Virus record (IMG/VR): IMGVR_UViG_3300038829_000263
Coordinates: 79,220 to 143,219 of that record
Reading direction: 5' to 3' (one strand)
DNA: 64,000 bases
Source of the DNA: a virus
The translations under genes were made by a program, and so were the position numbers. Under the pieces are notes generated by a model. The model had not been told where the DNA came from, did not search any database, and saw nothing but the letters and a program-made list of their open reading frames with translations. Within the stretch, counting starts at the first letter, position 1, and each line of letters opens with the position of its first letter. Shown piece after piece: positions 35,300 to 44,937 of the stretch.

Positions 35300-38200
35300 A
35301 TGCCCGGACCCGGCATTGACATTCGGCTGTTCGACCTCACCGTCTACGCGCCGCAGATCAGCGACGCGATCGTGGGCTGCGTCGGGCCGGCCACGAAGGG
35401 TCCCACGAACCAGCTCATCGACATGACCGACGAGGGGAACTTCGTCAGCACGTTCGGGCGGCCCGCGGACAACATGTACTCCCAGCGGGCCTGCCTCCGC
35501 TACTTCCGCCGGGGCAACCAGCTCAAGTACGCCCGCATCGCCGGCCGGAACCTGGCCACGGCGCGGATCATGCTCCTGGACGCGACCGGGCGGCAGGACA
35601 TCCTGCTCGTCGAGGCCATCACCGCGGGCTCCTGGGCGAACCTGGCGCAGCTCGAGCTCGCCGTGACCCACAACGGGACGCCGGCGACCTCCTACAACCT
35701 CTTCGTCTACTTCCTGGGCCAGCTCGTCGAGAGCTTCCTCGTCATGGACAACGGCATCGTCGTCTCCCGCGTGAACAACGGGTCGACGCGCATCCGGGTC
35801 ACCCTCCAGCCCGGCGCCGGGGTCACGGTCCCTGCGGCGACGATCGACCCCCTCACGGGCGAGGTCGCGCGCCTGTCCTTCACGGGCGGCGACGACGGCG
35901 CCTTCGCGAAGACGGACAGTGAGTTCAGCTCGACGGGCGGCTTCGCCGGGGACCGCTTCCACGGCAAGATGGACTCCGTCGGCGGCTCTCGCATCTTCGA
36001 GAACATCCTCACGATCACGGGGCCTCTGGCCTCGAAGCCCATCATCTACGGCACCGTCGGCCACGCCGTCGTCCCGGGCACGTTCTCGATCCGCGTCCAG
36101 ACCGCCGTCGGCCCGGGGTTCGTCGAGCTGGCCGACAACGGCAACCTGACCTACGGCTCGGGCGGCGCCGGCCTGGGCCTCCTCTCGCCCTCGGCCGGCG
36201 CCCACGTCGGCTTCATCGATTACCGCACGGGCAACTGGGGCGTGAAGCTCATCGGCGGCGCGACGACCTTCCTCAACGGGACCGTGGATGGCATCTGGAT
36301 CCGGGCGAACACGGAGTCGGTCGGCGCCACGGCCGCGGGCGTGGCCTCCTACGCCGGCACGCTGGGCTCGGGCCCGGCGGGCGTCGGCTTCTACAACGCG
36401 AACAAGTTCATGCTGAGCGTGCCGATCGACGAGGTCATCGGCACCGACGCCGCGGGTGGGGCCGCCTCCTCCAACGCGACGGCCGGGCTCAAGGCCCTGG
36501 CCGGGTGGATCATCCCCGGCACGGTCGTGCTCTCGGTCAGCCACGCGACCCTGCCCGTCCCGAACCCGGTCTACGACGATGGCTTCGGCGGCTTCCGCAC
36601 CCAGCCGAACGGCGGCGGCTCGGCCCTGACCGGCGCCATCAACTACCGGACGGGCGTGTGGTCCGTGACCTGGGATCCCCTGGGCTCGCCCGTCCCGGCC
36701 GGCGGCTCCCTGGCGGCCGAGTACGCCATCCAGATCATCGACATGGGCGGCGGCCCCGTCCCCGGCCCGACGGGCCTGTGGGTCGCGAACGAGACCGTGC
36801 AGCCCTCCGACGCGGGCGGCGACGGCTCGGCGGCCTCGACCGACCCGGGCGCGAGCCCGATCGTGGGGCCGATCAAGCGCAACACGGTCCACATCGACAT
36901 CAGCGCGACCTCGGCCGGCCCCTTCCGCGCCTATGACAACGGCGTGGGCGGGTGGCTGACGCGGCCGCGTGGGGCCCCGGACGCCGTGGCCGTCGTGGGC
37001 GCCATCGACTACGACACGGGCGCCTGGTCGATCACCATCCCGGCCGGCACGATCACGGCCACCGCGAACATCCAGGTGAGCTACGCCTCGGCACTCGAGG
37101 AGCAGGCCCGGCGCACCCTGCGCGGGACCGGCGCCGAGCTCCTGGCCGCGGGCACGCCGCTCCTCGCGGGCGGCAACCCGGTGGGCGTCGTCTACGACGA
37201 CCCCGCGACCGCGAACGAGTTCAACGGGTCGACCTTCCTCGACCACGTGACGGGCGAGTTCGCCCTCAAGCTGAACCTGCTCCCCCTGGGGGCGGGCATC
37301 CAGAGCTTCGACGTGCAGGACAACGGGACCCTGACCGCGGTGTACGCGCCGGCCTCGATCCTGGGCTTCGGAGACGGCACCCAGACCGCGTTCGTGGGCG
37401 ACCTGGAGCCCGCGCCCTTCCGGCGCAACGCGAACCGTCTCCTCGGCTTCCAGGGCGCGCAGGCGTCCATCGCGGGCGCCGGCGAGCCCCAGGTCACGTT
37501 CGCGACCCTCGGCCTGACCGACCAGGACGACCACTGGACCCAGAACGTCGTCGTCCCCTCCGATCCGGACAACTTCCTCAACTACAGGACGGGACTCGCC
37601 GGCATCCAGTGGACCGGCGCCCCGCTGGCGGATGAGGCCGTGTTCGTCATCGCGGAGGAGACCGTACTCGACGCCGTCGCGAAGTATCCGGGCGACATCG
37701 GCAACGAGCGCGAAGTGCTGACCGATGGCTTCTACGTGCTCCTCGGCGCCGACCCGACCGTGGCGGGGACCTTCCGCCTCCAGGTGCTGTTCAACAGCGT
37801 CGTTCAGGAGTCCTTCGGCCAGGCCGAGACCATCCAGGAGCTCGTGGACAAGGTGAACGACGAGGTCAACGGCTCCCGCCTCGTGACCGTCGTCGCGCGC
37901 GATGCCGCGCTCTACATCCCGCCCGACGTGGCCGCGGACCAGACCTCGGGCCTCTCGGGGGCCTTCACCATGGCCGACGTGATCGGCGCCAAGGTCGGCC
38001 AGGTCTACACGGGCCTCCAGCTCTTCGCGAACGACGAAGTGGTGCCCGTGAACTGGCTGATGATCCCCGGGCAGTGGCACCGCCAGATCATCACGGCGCT
38101 GCAGTCCCTGTGCGAGAAGAAGGGCCGGCGCGCGATGGCCGTCGTCCCGGCGCCCGACTCGCTCGACCCGTTCGAGCACCGGGACTTCTTCAACGGCCAC

Positions 38201-38926
38201 TTCAAGGCCACGAGCCCGGGCGGCCCGGCGGTCCCGACCGTCATCGTCCCCTTCCCGCCCCAGGCGGAGATCAACTCGTCCCAGCTCGCGACGATCGTGC
38301 CCTGGGTGACCTACTTCGACCAGTACAGCGCCAAGGACGTGACGGAGCCGGCCGACGGCGAGATGGCGAACCTCATCGCCAACACGCCGGCGCCTTGGTT
38401 CCCCGTCGCCGGCCTCCGGCGCGGCCGCGTCCTCGTCGATGCCCTGCGCTACTCGGCCTCGCGTGAGGACCGTGACCTGCTCTACGGGCCCGTCGGCCTG
38501 ACGACCGAGGTCGTGAACCCGATCATCAGGAAGGAAGGCCGGGGCCTCGTCCTCTACGGCCAGCGCACGACCCAGCGCCAGCCGTCGAAGCTCGACCGCA
38601 TCAACGTGCGGTGGACCGTCAACGTCATCATGAACATCCTGGACCTCGTCTCCCAGGACTTCATCTTCGAGCTCAACGACCCGATCCTGTGGCGCGAGAT
38701 GAGCCAGGCCCTGAACCAGACGCTCAAGCCGATCGTGGCGCGTCGGGGCCTGCAGGACGCGTTCGTGCTCGTCGACGGGACGACCACCACGCCGGACGAC
38801 ATCGACCGGCTGACCGTCCGCGCGAAGCTGTTCATCAAGCCGCAGAGCGCGGCCGAGTTCATCGAGTACGACCTGATCCTCACCCCTTCGGGCGCAGACT
38901 TCGCAGATATCGTGGTCGCAGGATAG
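35300..38926 (+). CDS. Tail sheath protein (1208 aa) with large inserted beta modules
   Basis: PG.DIRLFDLT..GPATKGP..FGRP; PWFPVAGLRRG; VNPI..LYGQRT..LDRINVR; FIFELND; KPQSAAEFI. Confidence 0.95.
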   Translation: MPGPGIDIRLFDLTVYAPQISDAIVGCVGPATKGPTNQLIDMTDEGNFVSTFGRPADNMYSQRACLRYFRRGNQLKYARIAGRNLATARIMLLDATGRQDILLVEAITAGSWANLAQLELAVTHNGTPATSYNLFVYFLGQLVESFLVMDNGIVVSRVNNGSTRIRVTLQPGAGVTVPAATIDPLTGEVARLSFTGGDDGAFAKTDSEFSSTGGFAGDRFHGKMDSVGGSRIFENILTITGPLASKPIIYGTVGHAVVPGTFSIRVQTAVGPGFVELADNGNLTYGSGGAGLGLLSPSAGAHVGFIDYRTGNWGVKLIGGATTFLNGTVDGIWIRANTESVGATAAGVASYAGTLGSGPAGVGFYNANKFMLSVPIDEVIGTDAAGGAASSNATAGLKALAGWIIPGTVVLSVSHATLPVPNPVYDDGFGGFRTQPNGGGSALTGAINYRTGVWSVTWDPLGSPVPAGGSLAAEYAIQIIDMGGGPVPGPTGLWVANETVQPSDAGGDGSAASTDPGASPIVGPIKRNTVHIDISATSAGPFRAYDNGVGGWLTRPRGAPDAVAVVGAIDYDTGAWSITIPAGTITATANIQVSYASALEEQARRTLRGTGAELLAAGTPLLAGGNPVGVVYDDPATANEFNGSTFLDHVTGEFALKLNLLPLGAGIQSFDVQDNGTLTAVYAPASILGFGDGTQTAFVGDLEPAPFRRNANRLLGFQGAQASIAGAGEPQVTFATLGLTDQDDHWTQNVVVPSDPDNFLNYRTGLAGIQWTGAPLADEAVFVIAEETVLDAVAKYPGDIGNEREVLTDGFYVLLGADPTVAGTFRLQVLFNSVVQESFGQAETIQELVDKVNDEVNGSRLVTVVARDAALYIPPDVAADQTSGLSGAFTMADVIGAKVGQVYTGLQLFANDEVVPVNWLMIPGQWHRQIITALQSLCEKKGRRAMAVVPAPDSLDPFEHRDFFNGHFKATSPGGPAVPTVIVPFPPQAEINSSQLATIVPWVTYFDQYSAKDVTEPADGEMANLIANTPAPWFPVAGLRRGRVLVDALRYSASREDRDLLYGPVGLTTEVVNPIIRKEGRGLVLYGQRTTQRQPSKLDRINVRWTVNVIMNILDLVSQDFIFELNDPILWREMSQALNQTLKPIVARRGLQDAFVLVDGTTTTPDDIDRLTVRAKLFIKPQSAAEFIEYDLILTPSGADFADIVVAG

Positions 38927-38961
38927 GTTACACCGTGAATTGGGGCACCGCAAGTCTGGGT

Positions 38962-39696
38962 CTACTGCTGGCCGTAGCGGCCCTTGCCGCTCACGACTCG
39001 GTAGACCGTCTCCCAGCACAGGCCGTGCGCCTCGCCGAGGGCCGCGTAGGTCGTGGTGCCGCCCGCGTACTCCTCGCGCAGGAGGGCGGCCAGCTCGAGT
39101 GTGACCTTCTTCGCGCGTCGCTTGTCGGCGTGGCGCTTCCTGGCCACGGCCGCGGAGAGCGCCTCGCGGTCGACGGGGAGATGCGGCCAGGTCTCGCCCG
39201 TCACCAGGCGGTGCACGAGCATGTAGCCCAGGCCGCGCGCCTGGGCGATCTCGGCCGTGGTAGCGGGAGTGGTGACGAACTCCTGCAGGATCGCCAGGGC
39301 CTCGGGCTCTGTGAGCTGGGCCCCGGCGTTCTTCTCGCCGCGCGCCGGGCGCAGAAGGCCGTCGGCGGCTGCCTTCCTGGCGTTCTCCAGGTCGGTACAG
39401 TACTCGAGGTTGTCGGCCCTGTTGTCTGCCTTGTCGTTGTTCTTATGCCCGACCTCGTGGTCCGGCGGGCATGGGCCGATGAAGGCGGCAGCGACGAGTT
39501 GATGCACACGGCGCGTGTCGCGGACGCCGTCAGTCATCAGGGAAACGCGCCGGTAGCCTTTCCGGTCAGGACTGGTGGCCAGGATCCGGCCGGCCTTCGC
39601 GTTCCCTGTTCCGCCCAGGTCGCGACGCACCCGGCCCAGGTTCGACACCGAGTAGACCCCTTCGTATCCTGGGACGGGTCGCCACTCTTCATCCAC
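38962..39696 (-). CDS. NUMOD4-HNH homing endonuclease, antisense between sheath and tube
   Basis: EEWRPVPGYEGVYSVSNLGRVR; VHQLVAAAFIG..EVGHKNNDKADNRADNLEY; C-terminal HTHs. Confidence 0.92.
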   Translation of the reverse strand: MDEEWRPVPGYEGVYSVSNLGRVRRDLGGTGNAKAGRILATSPDRKGYRRVSLMTDGVRDTRRVHQLVAAAFIGPCPPDHEVGHKNNDKADNRADNLEYCTDLENARKAAADGLLRPARGEKNAGAQLTEPEALAILQEFVTTPATTAEIAQARGLGYMLVHRLVTGETWPHLPVDREALSAAVARKRHADKRRAKKVTLELAALLREEYAGGTTTYAALGEAHGLCWETVYRVVSGKGRYGQQ

Positions 39697-39761
39697 GGCG
39701 GGCCTCTTTCGGCCCGCATGCTAGGTCACGGAGCCGGCAAGAGCCGATAGGAGCTGATCGC

Positions 39762-40313
39762 ATGGCCTCGCCCTACAACTACGCCGGTCTCCACATCGCC
39801 CAGGCGGGGGCGGTGTTCGATGTCCAGCACAAGAACATGGGCATCCTGGAGCTTGCCATCGACAAGCTCGTGCCCGGCGCGAAGGAGCCGCTCATCCTCG
39901 CGCTCGAGGACTTCAACATCCCCGGGCGCAAGATCGGGACGGGCAACCTGCCCTACCTGAACGGCAACTCGCAGTACCTGACGCGCCCCGAGCCGATGGA
40001 GAAGATCAGCATCACGTTCCGCGACTTCCCGCAGGTCGGGATCCGCGGGATCCTCCACCGATGGTTCTCCAGGGCCTACGACGAGGAGACGGGCCTCGCC
40101 CTCCCCTCGGGCCTGCTCAAGTGCGATGGCTTCGTCGTCCTCTTCCAGACGGACGCCACGGCCGAACGCACCGCGCGCCTGGAGGGCCTCATGCCGACCG
40201 ACGAGCCGCCCATCGAGGTGAGCTACGGCGACGGCGCGCACATGGTGATGAAGGTCAACCTGTCGGTCGACAGGATCATCTGGGAGCCGAGCCTGTTCAA
40301 CCCGGTCAGCTAA
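39762..40313 (+). CDS. Tail tube protein (gp19-like)
   Basis: Follows the sheath; FNIPG..LPYLNG..ITFRD..W...YDEETG pattern. Confidence 0.8.
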   Translation: MASPYNYAGLHIAQAGAVFDVQHKNMGILELAIDKLVPGAKEPLILALEDFNIPGRKIGTGNLPYLNGNSQYLTRPEPMEKISITFRDFPQVGIRGILHRWFSRAYDEETGLALPSGLLKCDGFVVLFQTDATAERTARLEGLMPTDEPPIEVSYGDGAHMVMKVNLSVDRIIWEPSLFNPVS

Positions 40314-40358
40314 CCGGGCGGGCCTCGGCCGTAACAACCTGAGAACGGAGATACAGCC

Positions 40359-41459
40359 ATGACGGGTGAGGCGGACACCCTGATGGGCGGTGGTGGAGCG
40401 CCCTTGCCTCTCGGTGCGAGGGCCCTCCAGGCCGCGGCAGCGGCCCGGGCGACCCGAGCGGCCGGCGCGGCGTCTGGGGGAGTAACCCCGGGCGTCGCGC
40501 CGGCCACGCCTGCCGGGCCCCCTGACCCCCTGGCGCGGCCCTACCAGCTTCCCTCGCGTGGGATCGCGCTGTTCTACCCCGAGGCACCGGGGTGGGACGG
40601 GACGGTGCTCATCGCCCCGACGCGCGGCGAAGAGGAGGAGTTGCTGGGCGGCGCCTCGGCCGACAAGGGCGCGAAGCTCGCCGTGATCCGGCAACTCACC
40701 CAGCAGCTCGTCCGGCCGACACATCCGGCCGTGCCCCTCTCGCGCCTGACGCTCCAGGACTGGATGGCGGCCTCCATCCACTTCCTGGCCATCTCGCGCG
40801 GGACGGACCAGGTGGGCCTGCGGCCGACGCATGAGCGTCCGCTGGGGTGCGGGCAGGCGTCGGACCAGACCCGCGCCCTCGCGGCGCTCTCCTGCACGGT
40901 CCTGCGCGTCGCCGAGGGCGCGGAGACCCCCAACTGGCCGGACGTGCTCGTTGACGGCGAGGAGGCCGTGCTCCGCGAGATGGCAGAGGAGGAGACGGAG
41001 GCCCAGGGCGACGGCAAGACGACCGAGCGCCTCGTGCCGGCGACAGTGACCGAGCCCTTCCATGCGACCGTCGCCGACACGCTCATCGCCTGGCGCATGC
41101 TGCGCGTCGACGACATGCGCCAGGGCGAGGAGTTCATCGCCAGGACGGGCGATGCCCAGACGAAGCCTGGCTCGCCCTTCTACAACTTCATGCTCTCGCG
41201 TCAGATCGTGGGCATCGGCAACCGGCCGGTGAGCACGATCGAGGCGCTGCAGTGGGTCCGGCGGACGCCCAGCTACGAGCTGGACGAGCTCCGCGAGGCG
41301 ATCGACCTGCATCGCCTGGGCTACAACATGCAGCCCCGCTTCCGCTGCCCGCACTGTGGAGGGTCCTGGCGCGTCAAGCTCCCGCTTGACGCCTCGCTCT
41401 TTCGTCGCGGACGTGCTCGTGCCAGGGGACGGCCTGGTGTTCCTGGAAGCCCTCCGTAG
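40359..41459 (+). CDS. Tail assembly chaperone / baseplate-hub assembly protein
   Basis: YQLPSRG..EEELL..CPHCGG; lies between tube and tape measure. Confidence 0.7.
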   Translation: MTGEADTLMGGGGAPLPLGARALQAAAAARATRAAGAASGGVTPGVAPATPAGPPDPLARPYQLPSRGIALFYPEAPGWDGTVLIAPTRGEEEELLGGASADKGAKLAVIRQLTQQLVRPTHPAVPLSRLTLQDWMAASIHFLAISRGTDQVGLRPTHERPLGCGQASDQTRALAALSCTVLRVAEGAETPNWPDVLVDGEEAVLREMAEEETEAQGDGKTTERLVPATVTEPFHATVADTLIAWRMLRVDDMRQGEEFIARTGDAQTKPGSPFYNFMLSRQIVGIGNRPVSTIEALQWVRRTPSYELDELREAIDLHRLGYNMQPRFRCPHCGGSWRVKLPLDASLFRRGRARARGRPGVPGSPP

Positions 41460-41640
41460 GCAACGCTGGACCCTGCACAAGCTCGGCGTGCGGTACGCCG
41501 ACTGGAGGTTGATGACAAGGTGGCAGCGGGTCGACATGCTCCGGCGCCATGGGGCGGACCTGGAGAAAGACCTGCTCAAGGCGGGAGAGGGCCTCGGGCC
41601 GCTCCTGGGCGTGCTGGCGGGGCGGATCCTGGGCATGTGA
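41437..41640 (+). CDS. Small tail-assembly protein (T4 gp51-like); may be reached by +1 frameshift from the upstream gene
   Basis: LHKLGVRYADWRLMTRWQR; frame is open from 41356. Confidence 0.55.
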   Translation: MFLEALRRQRWTLHKLGVRYADWRLMTRWQRVDMLRRHGADLEKDLLKAGEGLGPLLGVLAGRILGM

Positions 41641-41648
41641 GGTAGTGG

Positions 41649-43640
41649 GTGGCTGACGGCCTGGAAAACTCGCTGACGTTCTTCCTGGAGGCCGAAGACC
41701 TGGCCTCGGGACTCGTCACGGACGCCCAGGCCGCGATGGACGCCAGCGCCGAGGGGGTGGAGAACACCCTGCTCGACCTCACGACCTCGCTCGAGGAGGC
41801 CACGGGCGTCATCGACGAGGGCGCGGCTGACGTGGCGCTGGGCGTCGGCCAGATCGCGGCTGGGTTCCAGGAGGCGCTGACGCTGGCCCTGGCCGGCATC
41901 GACGACATCACCGAGACGACGCTCGACCTCGTGGAGGCCACGGACGACAACAGGGACTCCCTGGGCGCCATGAACCTGCTCCTGGGGGAGACGACCGAGC
42001 AGGTGATGGTCGCGGAGGAGGTCACCGAGCAGTGGACCCTCACGCTGGGCGCCCTGGGCACGGCCGGCGTGGCGGGCGTCTCGGCCGTCGCGGGCGCCGT
42101 GACCGGCCTCGGCAAGGGCCTCGTGTCGGCCGGCAACACTCTGGACAACTTCGGCAGCCGCGCCGGCGCCCTGGGAGGGATCGTCAAGACCGTCAGTACT
42201 CTCGTGACCGGCCTGGGCGCCACGCTGGGCGGGGCGGGGCTCGTCGGGTTCCTCCTCGGGCCCCTGGCACCGATCCTCGGCCTTCTGACGCCCATCTTCG
42301 ACTTCCTGATGGAACAGCTCGCGCCGGTGTTCGACATCATCGGCGCCGCGATCGAGAACGCCTTCGCGCCGTTCCAGTTCATTCTGGAGACGGTGATGCA
42401 GTCCTTGATGCCCGTGATCCAGGACGCGTTGAACCCACTCGTCGGCATCCTCACGGCTATGGCCATCCAGGTCGGGGCGATGCTCCAGAACCTGCGCCTG
42501 GGCGACGGCGGCTTCATCGCCTCCATCGTGGAGACGATGGCCGAGCTTGTGCCCGTCGTGATGCGGGTCGTGCAGGCCCTGGCCGAGGCCGCCCAGCGCG
42601 TGCTCCCGGCGATCGGCAAGATGGTCACGGCGTTCCTGCCCGTCGTCGTGAAGCTCGTGGAGATCCTGGCGGATGCCTTCATCGGCCGGATCGAGGCGTT
42701 CACGGACGTCATCGTCGAGGTCGGCCCCCTCCTGGCCACGACCTTCGCCGACCTCCTGATGGCGCTCATCCCGCTGATCGAGCCCCTGACGAAGCTCGGG
42801 ACCCTGCTCATCAAGCACGTGTTCGCCCCGGCCGTGATCGCGGCCGTCCAGCTCCTCGCAGCCGGGATCCAGGCTCTGACGCCGGTCATCGAGGAAGTCT
42901 CGTCCGTCCTGGGGGCCCTCGTCGAGATGGTCAACGAGGCCCTGGCGGACTTCTTCGGGCCCAAGCTCGGGAAGTACGTCTCGGACTTCAACGTCCTGTT
43001 CATCGAGCCGATCAAGGCCGCCGTGCAGGGCGTGATCGACTACGCCACGCAACTCGTCAACGTGTTCCGGATGGAGGGCGTGTTCGAGGGCGTGAAGAAG
43101 ATCGTCGTCGACTACTTCGGGTTCCTGGGGAGCGCCATCACCAAGATCCTGGAGCTCGTCGGCCTGGCCGAGGAGAAGGCCGAGGGGGAAGGCGCTGGCC
43201 TGGCGGAGGCCGCCGCGGAGCAGCAGGCGGCGGGTGTCTCGCCCGAGGTCGTGGGCGCGCTCGAGGCCCAGTCGCAGGGTGACCGCGATGAGTTCAACAA
43301 ACGCATGCGAGCGCTCAAGGCCAAAGGCGGCGGCCTGGCTGAGGGCGGCATCGCCGTCGAGCCGACGACGCGCCTGTTCGGCGAGGCCGGCCCGGAGGCC
43401 GTGCTGCCGCTCAAGGCGGACGTGATCCAGGAGTTCGTGGCGCCGGTGCTCAAGGACATGGAGCTACCGGGCATGGATGAGGCCGTCGAGCTCCTGCAAG
43501 GGATCCTCGGCGCGCTCCGCGGCACTCTCACTGTCCGCGGCATGGCCGGCGAGGAGCGCGGGCAGGCTTTCCCGGCGCCAGGAAAGCCCGAGGCGGCGGA
43601 CGATCGGGGCATCGGCATGCTGGGCTTCGTCGCGGGGTAA
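41649..43640 (+). CDS. Tape measure protein
   Basis: Long amphipathic helical repeats; C-terminal LAEGGIAVEPTTRLFGEAGPEAVLPL. Confidence 0.85.
   Translation: MADGLENSLTFFLEAEDLASGLVTDAQAAMDASAEGVENTLLDLTTSLEEATGVIDEGAADVALGVGQIAAGFQEALTLALAGIDDITETTLDLVEATDDNRDSLGAMNLLLGETTEQVMVAEEVTEQWTLTLGALGTAGVAGVSAVAGAVTGLGKGLVSAGNTLDNFGSRAGALGGIVKTVSTLVTGLGATLGGAGLVGFLLGPLAPILGLLTPIFDFLMEQLAPVFDIIGAAIENAFAPFQFILETVMQSLMPVIQDALNPLVGILTAMAIQVGAMLQNLRLGDGGFIASIVETMAELVPVVMRVVQALAEAAQRVLPAIGKMVTAFLPVVVKLVEILADAFIGRIEAFTDVIVEVGPLLATTFADLLMALIPLIEPLTKLGTLLIKHVFAPAVIAAVQLLAAGIQALTPVIEEVSSVLGALVEMVNEALADFFGPKLGKYVSDFNVLFIEPIKAAVQGVIDYATQLVNVFRMEGVFEGVKKIVVDYFGFLGSAITKILELVGLAEEKAEGEGAGLAEAAAEQQAAGVSPEVVGALEAQSQGDRDEFNKRMRALKAKGGGLAEGGIAVEPTTRLFGEAGPEAVLPLKADVIQEFVAPVLKDMELPGMDEAVELLQGILGALRGTLTVRGMAGEERGQAFPAPGKPEAADDRGIGMLGFVAG
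43568..43585. repeat. Copy of dispersed palindrome (TTTCCCGGCGCCAGGAAA)
   Basis: Flanks extend the symmetry (GGC...GCC); 43563-43584 is identical to 61048-61069. Confidence 0.8.
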
Positions 43641-43643
43641 CGC

Positions 43644-44585
43644 ATGGCCACACCACCCACAGTCGTTCCTGGCGCGTTCCGGTTCCCCCCGCGGTCCATC
43701 GCTATGACCCCGCCCCCGAAGGGCGCGTCGCCCAAGCAAGCGGGCTCGAACATCCGCGACAACCCGGCGAAGAAGCTCGTCCCCACGGCCTCCTACAACG
43801 ACACGTCGATGTGCGCCCTCGTCCTGGAGGACGTGCCGGCGGCCTCGGACGACTCCCGCCTCGTGTTCGAGACCTTCCCCGGCACGCTCGAGCAGAGCTA
43901 CTCGCTCAGCCCGTACCGGAAGATCGGCGGCAACCGGATGCCCCAGCCGTCCTTCGCCACCTACCAGGGCGGCGACTGGGGGCCCTTCCCGCTGACCCTC
44001 AAGTTCCGCGCGGCCGAGCGCGTGGCCGTCGACCCGAACAACCTGGCGCCGGCGGACCTGGAGGGCCTGCTCATCGAGATGGAGCGGAAGGTCAACTGGA
44101 CGGAGGCCATCTGCTTCCCCCTGGAGCGGGCCAACCTGGAGGCCCAGCGCATCGTGGCGCGCGCCTCGGCCAGCAACGCGGCCTTCCCCTCGGCGGCCGC
44201 GACGGATGCCGCGGCCAAGCTCCGGCGCAACGACCCGCCGTTCATTCTGATCGTCATCGGGTCGTGGCGCACGATCCGTGGGTACTGCACCAACTGGCGC
44301 TGCACCTGGGAGGGCCCCTGGCATCCCATCTCGGCCCGGCCCTACGGGGCCACGGTGAGCATGACCTTCGTCCCGATCATGCCCGAGTACCCGACCTTCC
44401 AGACGATCCGGGACCAGGCCAAGGGGTTCACGGTGGCCTCCCCTGGTGCCTCCCCTGGGCTCGCCGGGCAGGCCGTCCTACGCGCGCAGGCGGAGCGCGC
44501 GGCGACCGCACAGCGGCAGCAGGACAACGCGGCCGCCTTGAACCAGGTCCGTGTCCCGGGCCAGACGACGCTCCCGAACGTGTAG
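43644..44585 (+). CDS. Tail tube initiator / baseplate-tube junction protein
   Basis: Position after the tape measure; PPFILIVIG..IRGYCTNW..W..PW. Confidence 0.65.
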   Translation: MATPPTVVPGAFRFPPRSIAMTPPPKGASPKQAGSNIRDNPAKKLVPTASYNDTSMCALVLEDVPAASDDSRLVFETFPGTLEQSYSLSPYRKIGGNRMPQPSFATYQGGDWGPFPLTLKFRAAERVAVDPNNLAPADLEGLLIEMERKVNWTEAICFPLERANLEAQRIVARASASNAAFPSAAATDAAAKLRRNDPPFILIVIGSWRTIRGYCTNWRCTWEGPWHPISARPYGATVSMTFVPIMPEYPTFQTIRDQAKGFTVASPGASPGLAGQAVLRAQAERAATAQRQQDNAAALNQVRVPGQTTLPNV

Positions 44586-44592
44586 GTGAGAC

Positions 44593-44937
44593 GTGGCTGA
44601 CGCGATCGAGCTGGAGCTGCCCTTCACCTCGCCCTACAAGGCGACGCGCCTGTTCATCATCGGCGGCCGCGCCTCGTTCGGCATCTGGCGCCCGCTCGAG
44701 ATCACGATGGACGGCGATGAGGAGGAGGTCGCCATCCAGGAAGGCCAGGAAGGGACGTGCGAGTTCGTGGCCGGCATGGTCTACGGTGACCGCGCCCTCT
44801 GGCGCGTGATCGCCCACGCCAATCTGATCGACTTCCCGATGGAGCAGATCGTCCCCGGGACCGTCCTCAAGATCCCCAAGCCCGAGCGCGTGCGCGCGGC
44901 CCTCCTGGCCACTGCGCGGCGGCAGGAGAGCACGTAG
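44593..44937 (+). CDS. LysM-like baseplate protein (gp53/tail X-like)
   Basis: VAGMVYGDRALWRVIAHANLI..PGTVLKIP. Confidence 0.8.
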   Translation: MADAIELELPFTSPYKATRLFIIGGRASFGIWRPLEITMDGDEEEVAIQEGQEGTCEFVAGMVYGDRALWRVIAHANLIDFPMEQIVPGTVLKIPKPERVRAALLATARRQEST

